A stretch of DNA of 42,644 nt from Actinomycetota bacterium (GTDB lineage: Bacteria; Actinomycetota; Actinomycetes; S36-B12; UBA5976), in the NCBI GenBank assembly GCA_027730605.1, contig JAQCGN010000003.1, positions 1 through 42,644 of the forward strand, given 5' to 3'. How positions within the stretch are numbered: the first letter of the stretch is position 1; every line of letters begins with the position of its first letter. The notes below the pieces were generated by a model that searched no databases, was not told the origin of the DNA, and saw only the letters and a program-made list of their open reading frames with translations. Below, one piece after another: positions 32,420 to 40,398 of the stretch. A program made the translations under genes and the position numbers.

Positions 32420-33622
32420 ATGGCAAAAGTTTTATGTGTTCTTTATGACGATCCTGCAAACGGTGGCTACCCAACTAGTTATGCCAGAGACACTATTCCC
32501 ACAATCTCTCGTTACCCAGATGGACAAACATTACCCACTCCTCACGCAATTGATTTCAAACCAGGACAACTTCTTGGAAGTGTGACCGGTGAACTTGGTT
32601 TAAGAAAATATCTAGAAGGTCAAGGTCATGAATTTGTTGTTACCTCTGACAAAGATGGTCCTAATAGTGAATTTGAAAAACATCTTCACGATGCTGAAAT
32701 TGTCATCAGTCAACCATTTTGGCCAGCTTATTTAACGGCTGAAAGAATAGCAAAAGCTCCAAAACTGAAAATGGCATTAACTGCTGGTATTGGTTCTGAC
32801 CATGTTGATTTACAAGCTGCAATGGATAAAGGCTTAAGTGTTGTTGAAATCACCTACTGTAATTCCAATAGTGTGGCTGAACACATTGTGATGCAAATGC
32901 TCAGTTTGGTAAGAAACTACATTCCAAGCTACAAGCAAGTAATTGATGGTGGATGGAATATTGCCGATTGTGTAAGCCGCAGCTATGACATTGAGGGTAT
33001 GCATGTTGGAACAGTTGCAGCGGGACGAATCGGTTTAAGAGCACTTCGCTTACTTAAGCCTTTTGATGTTCACTTGCATTATTTTGATCGCCATCGTTTA
33101 CCTGAAAGTGTTGAAAAAGAACTCAACCTTACCTGGCACGACAGTGTGGAAAGTATGGTCAAAGTTGTTGACATCGTGACAATTAACTGTCCACTTCATC
33201 CAGAAACAGAACATCTATTTAATGATGAAATGATTTCTAAGATGAAAAAAGGAAGCTACATTGTTAACACTGCTCGAGGAAAGATTTGTGATCGAGATGC
33301 AATTGCTAGAGCATTAAAGAGTGGTCACTTAGCTGGTTATGCCGGAGATGTTTGGTTCCCACAACCTGCTCCTCAAGATCATCCATGGCGAACAATGCCA
33401 AATCATGGCATGACTCCACACATATCGGGAACAAGTTTGTCTGCTCAAGCCAGATATGCAGCTGGTGTTCGGGAAGTGTTGGAATGCTATTTCGAAAATC
33501 GTCCAATTCGTAACGAATACCTGGTTGTAAAAGATGGTGCCTTAGCTGGTGTGGGTGCACATAGTTATTCCAAAGGAAATGCCACCAAAGGATCAGAAGA
33601 AGCTGCCAAATTTAAGAAGTAA
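32420..33622 (+). CDS. fdh: NAD-dependent formate dehydrogenase, metal-independent (400 aa from ATG 32420)
   Basis: MAKVLCVLYDDP N-terminus, SQPFWPAY, TAGIGSDH, AAGRIG, DRH (NAD-type Asp), NTARG, WFPQP and TPHISG; Pseudomonas/Mycobacterium vaccae FDH type. Confidence 0.97.
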   Translation: MAKVLCVLYDDPANGGYPTSYARDTIPTISRYPDGQTLPTPHAIDFKPGQLLGSVTGELGLRKYLEGQGHEFVVTSDKDGPNSEFEKHLHDAEIVISQPFWPAYLTAERIAKAPKLKMALTAGIGSDHVDLQAAMDKGLSVVEITYCNSNSVAEHIVMQMLSLVRNYIPSYKQVIDGGWNIADCVSRSYDIEGMHVGTVAAGRIGLRALRLLKPFDVHLHYFDRHRLPESVEKELNLTWHDSVESMVKVVDIVTINCPLHPETEHLFNDEMISKMKKGSYIVNTARGKICDRDAIARALKSGHLAGYAGDVWFPQPAPQDHPWRTMPNHGMTPHISGTSLSAQARYAAGVREVLECYFENRPIRNEYLVVKDGALAGVGAHSYSKGNATKGSEEAAKFKK

Positions 33623-33693
33623 ACACACACTTCTTAGAAATTAAGCCCCAGAGTACTTTTTTGGCTAAAAACCAAAAGAATTAATATGTCTAT

Positions 33694-34593
33694 ATGGATT
33701 TAGACAAAGTCATTCTTTACTATGGCTTCACCCCTATTTCTGACCCTCAAGCCATATTGTTGTGGCAAAAAACTCTATGTAAAAACTTCAATTTAAAAGG
33801 CAGAATACTTATTTCCACCCAAGGAATAAATGGCACCTTGGGTGGAAAAATGCAAGATTTAATGAAATACATTAAGGCCACACGGGAATATTCAAGTTTC
33901 GAAAAAATTGATTTTAAATGGTCGAAAGGCACCGGAAATGATTTCCCTAAATTAAAGATCAAAGTCAAAGACGAATTAGTTTCTTTCGGAAATCTTGATG
34001 AGATAAAAGTAAGTTCGAGAGGAATTGTTGGTGGAGGAATCCATCTTAAAGCTGAAGAAGTTTATAAATTAGTAGAACAACGTGGTCAAGAAGTGGTTTT
34101 CTTTGATGCTCGAAATACTTTTGAAGCCAAAGTGGGCAAATTTAAAAACGCTGTGGTTCCCAAGACAAATACTACGAGAGATTTTGTGAAAGAAATAGAA
34201 AGTGGAAAATACGATCATTTGAAAGATAAGGCTGTGGTTACCTACTGCACAGGTGGAATACGTTGTGAAATCTTGACAGTATTAATGAAGAATCGAGGCT
34301 TTAAAGAGGTTTACCAAATAAAAGGCGGCATCCTTCGTTATGCCAACACCTATGGTGATGATGGTTTATGGGAAGGTTCCCTATTTACTTTTGATGATCG
34401 CTTAACCCTTGAATTTAGTGATCACACTAAATTGATAGGAACTTGTGCTAGATGTAGTAACAAATCAAAGTCTTTTAGAAACTGTCTCAACGATAATTGT
34501 CATCAATTAGTGTTGTTGTGTGATGAGTGTTATGCCAACCACAAGGGACTTGCTTGCAAACATGATCGTGAAACAAAAACACTTACGAATTAG
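33694..34593 (+). CDS. trhO: Oxygen-dependent tRNA uridine(34) hydroxylase (YceA/UPF0176 rhodanese family)
   Basis: Motifs LKGRILIS.QGINGT, YCTGGIRCE, GGI.RY, WEGSLF.FD.R and a Cys-rich C-terminus. Confidence 0.9.
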   Translation: MDLDKVILYYGFTPISDPQAILLWQKTLCKNFNLKGRILISTQGINGTLGGKMQDLMKYIKATREYSSFEKIDFKWSKGTGNDFPKLKIKVKDELVSFGNLDEIKVSSRGIVGGGIHLKAEEVYKLVEQRGQEVVFFDARNTFEAKVGKFKNAVVPKTNTTRDFVKEIESGKYDHLKDKAVVTYCTGGIRCEILTVLMKNRGFKEVYQIKGGILRYANTYGDDGLWEGSLFTFDDRLTLEFSDHTKLIGTCARCSNKSKSFRNCLNDNCHQLVLLCDECYANHKGLACKHDRETKTLTN

Positions 34594-34603
34594 TGGGATA
34601 GCC

Positions 34604-35566
34604 CTAGCTCCAAACTGGATTGAGTGCTTTATTTCCCTTCAATATTTCTAACGCATTGCTTGCTGCAGTAGTTGCCATAGCGGTTCTAGTTTCAACTGTG
34701 GCTGAACCTAAATGAGGAATAAGAACTGCGTTATCAAGGGATAAAAGTTTTGAATTGACCGTTGGTTCATTCTCATACACATCAAGTCCTGCCCCGGCAA
34801 TTTCTTTATTGATCAAAGCATTAGCAAGTGCTTCTTCATCCACAATTGGGCCACGTGCAGTGTTAACTAAATAAGCAGACTTTTTCATCTTCTTTAACTG
34901 TGCTTCTGCTATTAAATGATGGGTTTCTTTTGAATATGGACAATGTATTGAAACCACATCACTTAAAGAAAGTAGCTCATCTAAAGTAACAAACTTTGCA
35001 CCTAAGGACTGTTCTAGTTTTTCATCCATTCTGTTTCTTCTGGTGTAGATAATGTTCATTCCAAAGCTTTGTGCTCTTTGGGCAGTAGCTATACCAATTT
35101 GTCCCATCCCAATAATTCCTAAAGTCCTGTTTTGAATTCCAGTTCCTAACATGTAAAACATTCCCCAAGCCCATGGTTCTTGGTTTCTTATAACACGCTC
35201 ACCTTCAGCAAGTCTTCGGGTAGTCATCAATATAAGTGCCATGGCGATATCTGCAGTTGCATCAGTTAAAACACCTGGTGTATTTGTGACCATAATATTT
35301 TTTTCTTTACAAGCATTCACATCAATATTGTTATATCCCACGGCAACATTACAAACCGCTTTTAATTGAGAACCAGATTTATTTAAAACTTCTTCATCAA
35401 TTTTTTCAGTTAACAATGAAACGATTACTTCAGCACCTATCACTCTTTTTAAAAGCTCTTCTCTGGGCATTGGTGTTTCTTTATCCCAAGCCAGAACTTC
35501 ATGAACTGATTTTAGGGAATCAAGTGCAACTTGAGGGATTTTCCCGGTGACAACTATTTTTGCCAC
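34604..35566 (-). CDS. D-2-hydroxyacid dehydrogenase (glyoxylate/hydroxypyruvate reductase, GyaR/GhrB-like)
   Basis: Motifs AVGYNNID, TNTPGVLTDATAD, GMGQIG, NTARGP, GLDVYENEP and PHLGSAT. Confidence 0.9.
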   Translation of the reverse strand: MAKIVVTGKIPQVALDSLKSVHEVLAWDKETPMPREELLKRVIGAEVIVSLLTEKIDEEVLNKSGSQLKAVCNVAVGYNNIDVNACKEKNIMVTNTPGVLTDATADIAMALILMTTRRLAEGERVIRNQEPWAWGMFYMLGTGIQNRTLGIIGMGQIGIATAQRAQSFGMNIIYTRRNRMDEKLEQSLGAKFVTLDELLSLSDVVSIHCPYSKETHHLIAEAQLKKMKKSAYLVNTARGPIVDEEALANALINKEIAGAGLDVYENEPTVNSKLLSLDNAVLIPHLGSATVETRTAMATTAASNALEILKGNKALNPVWS

Positions 35567-35567
35567 G

Positions 35568-36758
35568 CTATGCGATCCACTTACCCATCAGACCAAGTCC
35601 TTCTTCGATTTGATCTTTGTTAATACCGGAAAAAGCAAGCCGGATATATTTTCTTTTTTCATCATTTTGTGGTCGACCAAAATGCAATCTAGTGCAAAAT
35701 GAAACTCCTGTTTTATGTAAAGCATCTTGCGCAAAATCTGCTAATTCAGTGAAACCTTTTCGTTGCATGGCTTCAGTGACATCTGGAAACAGATAAAAGC
35801 CTGCATTAGGAGAATGAACACTTACTCCAGGCATTTTATTTAACAATTCAACAGCAACATCTCGTCTTTCTTTCAAAGTGTTTAACATAACGGGAACATG
35901 AGACTGATCACCAGTTATTGCCTCTACTCCACCGTATTGCACAAAATGGGTTGTACAAGATTCATCATTTGTGTTCAACTTAGAAATATTGTTAGCAAGC
36001 TCAAGTGGTGCGATTGCAGCACCTAGTCTCCAACCAGTCATAGCAAATTTTTTAGAAAATGTGTATAAAATAATAGTTCGATCAATCATGCCAGGTAATT
36101 GCGCTATTGATTTCGATGTACCACCAAAGCGCATTTCAAAGTATGCCTCATCAGACAGCACCCAAAGATTATTTTTGATAATAATTTCAGCTAGAGCTTC
36201 TCGTTCTTGATCAGTTGACTCAGCACCATTTGGGTTTTGCAAATCGTTATAAACTATGGCTTTTGTTTTTGGAGTGATAAGTGATTTTATTTGTTCTAAA
36301 TCAATATTAAATCCTGTTTCAGATGGAATGTATCGATAAGGCTTGGCAATACCACCGAAGTAATCAATTTGACTTTCATATATTGGATATCCAGGATTTG
36401 GGTAAAGAACTTCATCACCTGGGTTCATAATGGTCTGAATAAATTTTGTAATAACAGGTTTTCCACCAGGCTGTACTACCACATTTGCTACATCAAATTT
36501 AAGGTTTCTTCTGCTTCCAACATCTTCTGCAAGTGCTTCTCGTAGTTGAAGAATTCCTGCGGCTGGACAATATCCAGTTTTACCATCAGTGATTGCTTTG
36601 TTCATTGCTTCCACAATATTTTTAGCTGTAGGAATATTTAAATCACCAAGATGAAACGGATAAATTTTATTTCCTTTAGCATTCCATTCAGCAGCAGCTA
36701 AAGAAACTGCAAAAGCGGTTTCGGTGCCTAAATTTGCTCTTCTGGTTGCCAATTGCAT
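35568..36758 (-). CDS. PLP-dependent aminotransferase class I/II
   Basis: Motifs GY....G...LR, QNPNG, SDEAY and FSKKFAMTGWRLG (PLP lysine), plus IRLAF. Confidence 0.92.
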   Translation of the reverse strand: MQLATRRANLGTETAFAVSLAAAEWNAKGNKIYPFHLGDLNIPTAKNIVEAMNKAITDGKTGYCPAAGILQLREALAEDVGSRRNLKFDVANVVVQPGGKPVITKFIQTIMNPGDEVLYPNPGYPIYESQIDYFGGIAKPYRYIPSETGFNIDLEQIKSLITPKTKAIVYNDLQNPNGAESTDQEREALAEIIIKNNLWVLSDEAYFEMRFGGTSKSIAQLPGMIDRTIILYTFSKKFAMTGWRLGAAIAPLELANNISKLNTNDESCTTHFVQYGGVEAITGDQSHVPVMLNTLKERRDVAVELLNKMPGVSVHSPNAGFYLFPDVTEAMQRKGFTELADFAQDALHKTGVSFCTRLHFGRPQNDEKRKYIRLAFSGINKDQIEEGLGLMGKWIA

Positions 36759-36871
36759 AATGAGATCCTAAATGTGAAAAGTGTCTGCTAAACCCTAGCA
36801 CTCAAGTATTTAATTTTTAAGGGATAAAGTACTTAAACAAGTTTCACTATATGGAATAGATTAAAGAAGTA

Positions 36872-38362
36872 TCAGTATCCAGCCATTGATAACAACTCAT
36901 TGGAACTAAACGCAAACACGTTTAAGTCCAGCCCGCCTCGTGGAATTCCATATCGGGGACCGTCTCCTCGGTCGGTGTATTGCCAGAAAGTCCAATTCAA
37001 ATCACATGCTGAAGAACTCCACACAGTTCTAGAACATCCACCAGAAGGAGTTGAGGCCGGATTTGAGGTTTGCGAATAATTTGCTACCCACAAATAATTA
37101 TTTGCTAAAGAAGAATTTGTTAAATAGGACCTTATAAAATTAAGGTTTGAATAAATAATTGGAGTCTTTCCGGTTCGTTCTTTAACTCTGGCAGTAAATC
37201 CTAAAGAAAAATTAGTAACAACTGCAGCACTTGTCCCAGATGGTCTAGAGAAAGATTCGACATCTAACACAATTGGTAGAACTCCGGGAACTAATCCTCC
37301 TAAAGAAATCAAATGATCAATTGGTAAATCTGCTTGTTGCTGTCCGACACTAAATGCTGCATCAGCACTTATCCCCCGAGGAATTAGTGCTGCATGATAA
37401 ATACCAGTTAATAATCCTGCTTCTCTTGCCGCGGGAAAATCAATAGATGACCAATATTTTGCAGGAGCAGCACCTAAGGGATGAGAATCTGTTCCTTTAA
37501 CAAAAATAAATCTCACACCAGCGTCATACATTTTTATGAAATTAATTGGTTGATTTCCAGAATGTTGCCAACGAGATATATCTGAACCAAGAATTCGATC
37601 TCCTGGACCAACTCTGGCAGAAGGATTTGCTCTATTTCTAGCTAAACCAGCTAAAACAAGTTTTTTAAGGATTGCTTCTTGGGCTGCCACGATTTTCTTT
37701 ATTTTTTCTGCTTCTTCAGCAGCTTTTGCTCGAACATTAGTTAACTCAACAACAATCTCAGCAGATCTAGCTTTTTTCTCCGAAATATCTTTTTCTCGGA
37801 CCTCTAATTCTTTTTCCTTAATTACAAGAGCAGCTTTATCGTCGTTTAATTCTTTAATTATTTTGCTGCTATTAGTTAAAAGTGCTTGCAATGAAGCAAA
37901 AGTTGCTAAGGCCTCATTTGAATCCGCGGAGGACAATATTGCTTCCACTAAGTAAAGTTCTTGTTGAGTGCCATCAATAAAGGTGGCTCGAACTAAATCA
38001 TCAATTTGGGCTTGGACCCTGCTGATCTCAGCTGTAAGTGCATTTATTTCAGAAATGATTTGATCACGTTGTCTTTGGGCTTCTTCTAATTCGGCCCTGA
38101 TTTTCTTATCTTCAGCAACTGCTGCGTTTAGTTCGTCTGTAGTTTTTTTCAATACTTCTTGAGCTGCAGCTAGTTCTTTTTTGGTGGCAGCAACTTCTGC
38201 TCGAGCGTTATCAATTTCGGCATCACGGGGGAAAGAAACACCGGTGGCCGTGGTGGTGTGGGTGAAGGCAACGACCAAGAAAATGATGAAAACTTGTTTG
38301 AGCAATCGAATTTTTAGTCCCACCCTTAACACTATGCCACATCCGACTTTTAATGTTTGCAT
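36872..38362 (-). CDS. Secreted coiled-coil protein with C-terminal GH25 muramidase domain (true start probably GTG 38323)
   Basis: Signal-peptide-like N-terminus, about 190 aa of heptad coiled coil, then GSDISRWQ, FIFVKGT, LPIVLDVE (DxE), PIIYS, LWVANY, WTFWQYT and DLNVF. Confidence 0.88.
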   Translation of the reverse strand: MQTLKVGCGIVLRVGLKIRLLKQVFIIFLVVAFTHTTTATGVSFPRDAEIDNARAEVAATKKELAAAQEVLKKTTDELNAAVAEDKKIRAELEEAQRQRDQIISEINALTAEISRVQAQIDDLVRATFIDGTQQELYLVEAILSSADSNEALATFASLQALLTNSSKIIKELNDDKAALVIKEKELEVREKDISEKKARSAEIVVELTNVRAKAAEEAEKIKKIVAAQEAILKKLVLAGLARNRANPSARVGPGDRILGSDISRWQHSGNQPINFIKMYDAGVRFIFVKGTDSHPLGAAPAKYWSSIDFPAAREAGLLTGIYHAALIPRGISADAAFSVGQQQADLPIDHLISLGGLVPGVLPIVLDVESFSRPSGTSAAVVTNFSLGFTARVKERTGKTPIIYSNLNFIRSYLTNSSLANNYLWVANYSQTSNPASTPSGGCSRTVWSSSACDLNWTFWQYTDRGDGPRYGIPRGGLDLNVFAFSSNELLSMAGY

Positions 38363-38435
38363 GTTGAATTTGTGGGAAATCTTTCATTTTCATGCCAAGA
38401 TATATATGAAAGCATTACTGATGAAGGAGTGTTAA

Positions 38436-38549
38436 ATGGGTGAAAAATCCAAAGGCCAGGTAAATAAGAAGAAGCCTGCTGCCAAATCATTGAAAGAAAA
38501 AAGAGCAGCTAAACAAGAAAAGAAAGCTAATAAGCAAAATCAGGGATAA
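38436..38549 (+). CDS. Small lysine-rich protein, 37 aa (not in the ORF track)
   Basis: SD GAAGGAG upstream of ATG 38436. Translates as MGEKSKGQVNKKKPAAKSLKEKRAAKQEKKANKQNQG and exactly fills the intergenic gap. Confidence 0.78.
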   Translation: MGEKSKGQVNKKKPAAKSLKEKRAAKQEKKANKQNQG

Positions 38550-38556
38550 ATTTTAA

Positions 38557-39486
38557 TTATTTTTCAACTGCAACTGGTTCTGCTGCTGGTGTAGCAGGAT
38601 CGGTTGCTGCTGGTGCAGGATCTACTTTCCACGCTCTTCTTTGTAGCCATGTGACAGGGTTTATTTTCTCGTCTTTAGAATTGTGTGTTTCAAAGTGAAG
38701 ATGTGATCCTGTGGTGTGACCTGAAGCGCCAACTAAACCAATCTTGTCTCCAACTTCTAGCACTTGACCTTTTTTAGCAATTCTTTTTGACATGTGTGCA
38801 TACCAAGATGTTGTGCCATCAGCATGTTTCAAAATAATTAAGCGACCGTAAGCATGTTGCCATCCAGCAAAAGTAACTTTTCCTGGAACAACTGCTTTAA
38901 TAACAGTTCCTCTAGGTGCACGAATATCAATACCAGCGTGTCTTCGCCCAGCCCAACGTCTTCCTTTTTGGTTGTAAACTGCAGATATTTCACCAACTAC
39001 CGGCATTCGATAAGGCAAAGATCTACTTGAAGTACCGCGAGCAGGTTGCTTGCCACGTTGACCTTCAGGAATTACGGTTGCTACTTGTTCAGGATTAAGT
39101 TGTGCGATAACTTCTTCAGAGGTTGCTTCGTCATATTCTTTTTCAGATTTATTGGCAGCTCTTTCTGATTCCAAAGAAATAAAAATTTCGTTCCAACCAA
39201 TTGGTCCAACTGATGTGCCATCTTCACTGTCACCGTTTTCGGCATAAAATCTTTTGACCGCCCGAGTTGTTGCTGGTCCGTATTTTCCATTTGCCACTGG
39301 AATGTCATAACCAAGTTCAATGAAAGCTTGTTGCATTTTTTTAACAGCTTTGTTTTCGACTCCGGTTCGAAGGGCGGAAGCACCCGGATAGTCAGGAATC
39401 CCCTCGGCATAAGCCGGAGGAACTGAGATTGTGCTGGCCAGAAGTCCCGTAATAGTCAGGGTAACCAGGCGTCTTGGAAGGCGCAT
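38557..39486 (-). CDS. Secreted M23 metallopeptidase with peptidoglycan-binding domain (ATG 39486 preferred over 39534)
   Basis: Signal peptide ending AYA-E; PG-binding domain (VKKMQQAF.ELGY...NGKYGPAT.RAVKRF); zinc motifs HAGID, YAHM and HLHFE; Pro/Ala-rich tail. Confidence 0.92.
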   Translation of the reverse strand: MRLPRRLVTLTITGLLASTISVPPAYAEGIPDYPGASALRTGVENKAVKKMQQAFIELGYDIPVANGKYGPATTRAVKRFYAENGDSEDGTSVGPIGWNEIFISLESERAANKSEKEYDEATSEEVIAQLNPEQVATVIPEGQRGKQPARGTSSRSLPYRMPVVGEISAVYNQKGRRWAGRRHAGIDIRAPRGTVIKAVVPGKVTFAGWQHAYGRLIILKHADGTTSWYAHMSKRIAKKGQVLEVGDKIGLVGASGHTTGSHLHFETHNSKDEKINPVTWLQRRAWKVDPAPAATDPATPAAEPVAVEK

Positions 39487-39549
39487 AGTAAAAGACCCTA
39501 CCAATAAACCGCTGTTTATGGGCATCCAAGGCACGCTTGGAGTGGAAAA

Positions 39550-40398
39550 CTAGGGTTTGATGCTTACCTCGAGGCGATTTGAGTCATCATCTGCACAGCC
39601 ATTGCTCATTGGTACCTCAAGTACACCTTTAACCCCTTTTAGTACCACTGCTCCTGCAGAAACGATTGCGGTAACGTGCACACTTTGACCTGTTTCAAAG
39701 CAACCTACGGGTGAAGAGGTTGTGGAATAAAGTTTTTTGTCAGGTGACTGATATTTACCTGTGGTCGCTATCAAAGATTTCGTGTTATTCCCACCAGCAA
39801 CATTGGTAACAACTAGTTGCATGATCCATCGCCCTAGAGAATCTTGATAAACGGTGCCAGAGTCAATTTGGACACCTTTGCCCCAATAAACAGCCTTAAT
39901 GTCATTGGCATATTGCCATGTGGTTTTTGGTAAAGCCATCACACGAGAAGAAATATTTACTTTACTTCCCCCGCTGGAGGTAATTGACCAAGAAGTAATT
40001 TTTCCTGATTTGTTGAATTTAAAATTTGTGTAAGTTCCAGAAAAACCCGGTGCAGCAGTGGTAAGAACTACTTTGCCATTTGTTATTTTGGCACTACCTG
40101 GTGCGGCATTAGCAGGAATGTTTCCCAAAGGTCTTCCCACAGTAGATATCGATCTCATATATTTTTCTGTCGAATAATAGTTTTGAATCATTTCCACAGC
40201 TAGATTGGCTGAACCTGCAAGGTGTTTGCGGGAAATCTTTATGGAATCAGGATTACTCGAGGCAACTGCCTTAAAAACTGCAGAAACTTTTGCTTGTTGT
40301 GCTTTTGTTAAGCCTGTTGCTCCTTGCGCTGGGGTCAAACCAGATACGACAAGTAGCGAGGTCAAAAGAAGCGAAGTCACTTTTAGGTGTTTGATCAT
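39550..40398 (-). CDS. Hypothetical secreted basic protein
   Basis: Sec signal peptide (…PAQG/A), Ser/Thr/Gly/Lys-rich, two cysteines near the C-terminus, no family I recognise. Confidence 0.75.
   Translation of the reverse strand: MIKHLKVTSLLLTSLLVVSGLTPAQGATGLTKAQQAKVSAVFKAVASSNPDSIKISRKHLAGSANLAVEMIQNYYSTEKYMRSISTVGRPLGNIPANAAPGSAKITNGKVVLTTAAPGFSGTYTNFKFNKSGKITSWSITSSGGSKVNISSRVMALPKTTWQYANDIKAVYWGKGVQIDSGTVYQDSLGRWIMQLVVTNVAGGNNTKSLIATTGKYQSPDKKLYSTTSSPVGCFETGQSVHVTAIVSAGAVVLKGVKGVLEVPMSNGCADDDSNRLEVSIKP

Noticed and set aside
33655-33680. TTTTGG-N7-CCAAAA hairpin after fdh as a terminator
   Set aside because: Weak stem with no downstream U-tract on +; not supportable.
38181-38435. 84-aa + strand ORF ending just before the Lys-rich peptide
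   Set aside because: Mostly antisense to the GH25 gene 5' end, with a TTG start and no RBS.
38581-38622. Imperfect tandem repeat TGCTGCTGGTG..CAGGATC
   Set aside because: Simply encodes the DPAPAA/DPATPAA low-complexity tail of the M23 protein; not a CRISPR or mobile repeat.
39081-39410. 109-aa alternative-frame ORF inside the M23 gene
   Set aside because: No SD and no motif; fully explained by the frame encoding the PG-binding domain.
36872-39534. Prophage lysis cassette interpretation of GH25 plus M23
   Set aside because: Both enzymes have Sec signals; no holin, structural, terminase or integrase genes are nearby.
39340-39550. Possible c-di-AMP (ydaO) riboswitch ahead of the wall hydrolase
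   Set aside because: Consensus elements are absent, and the GC-rich part encodes a good signal peptide and PG-binding domain.
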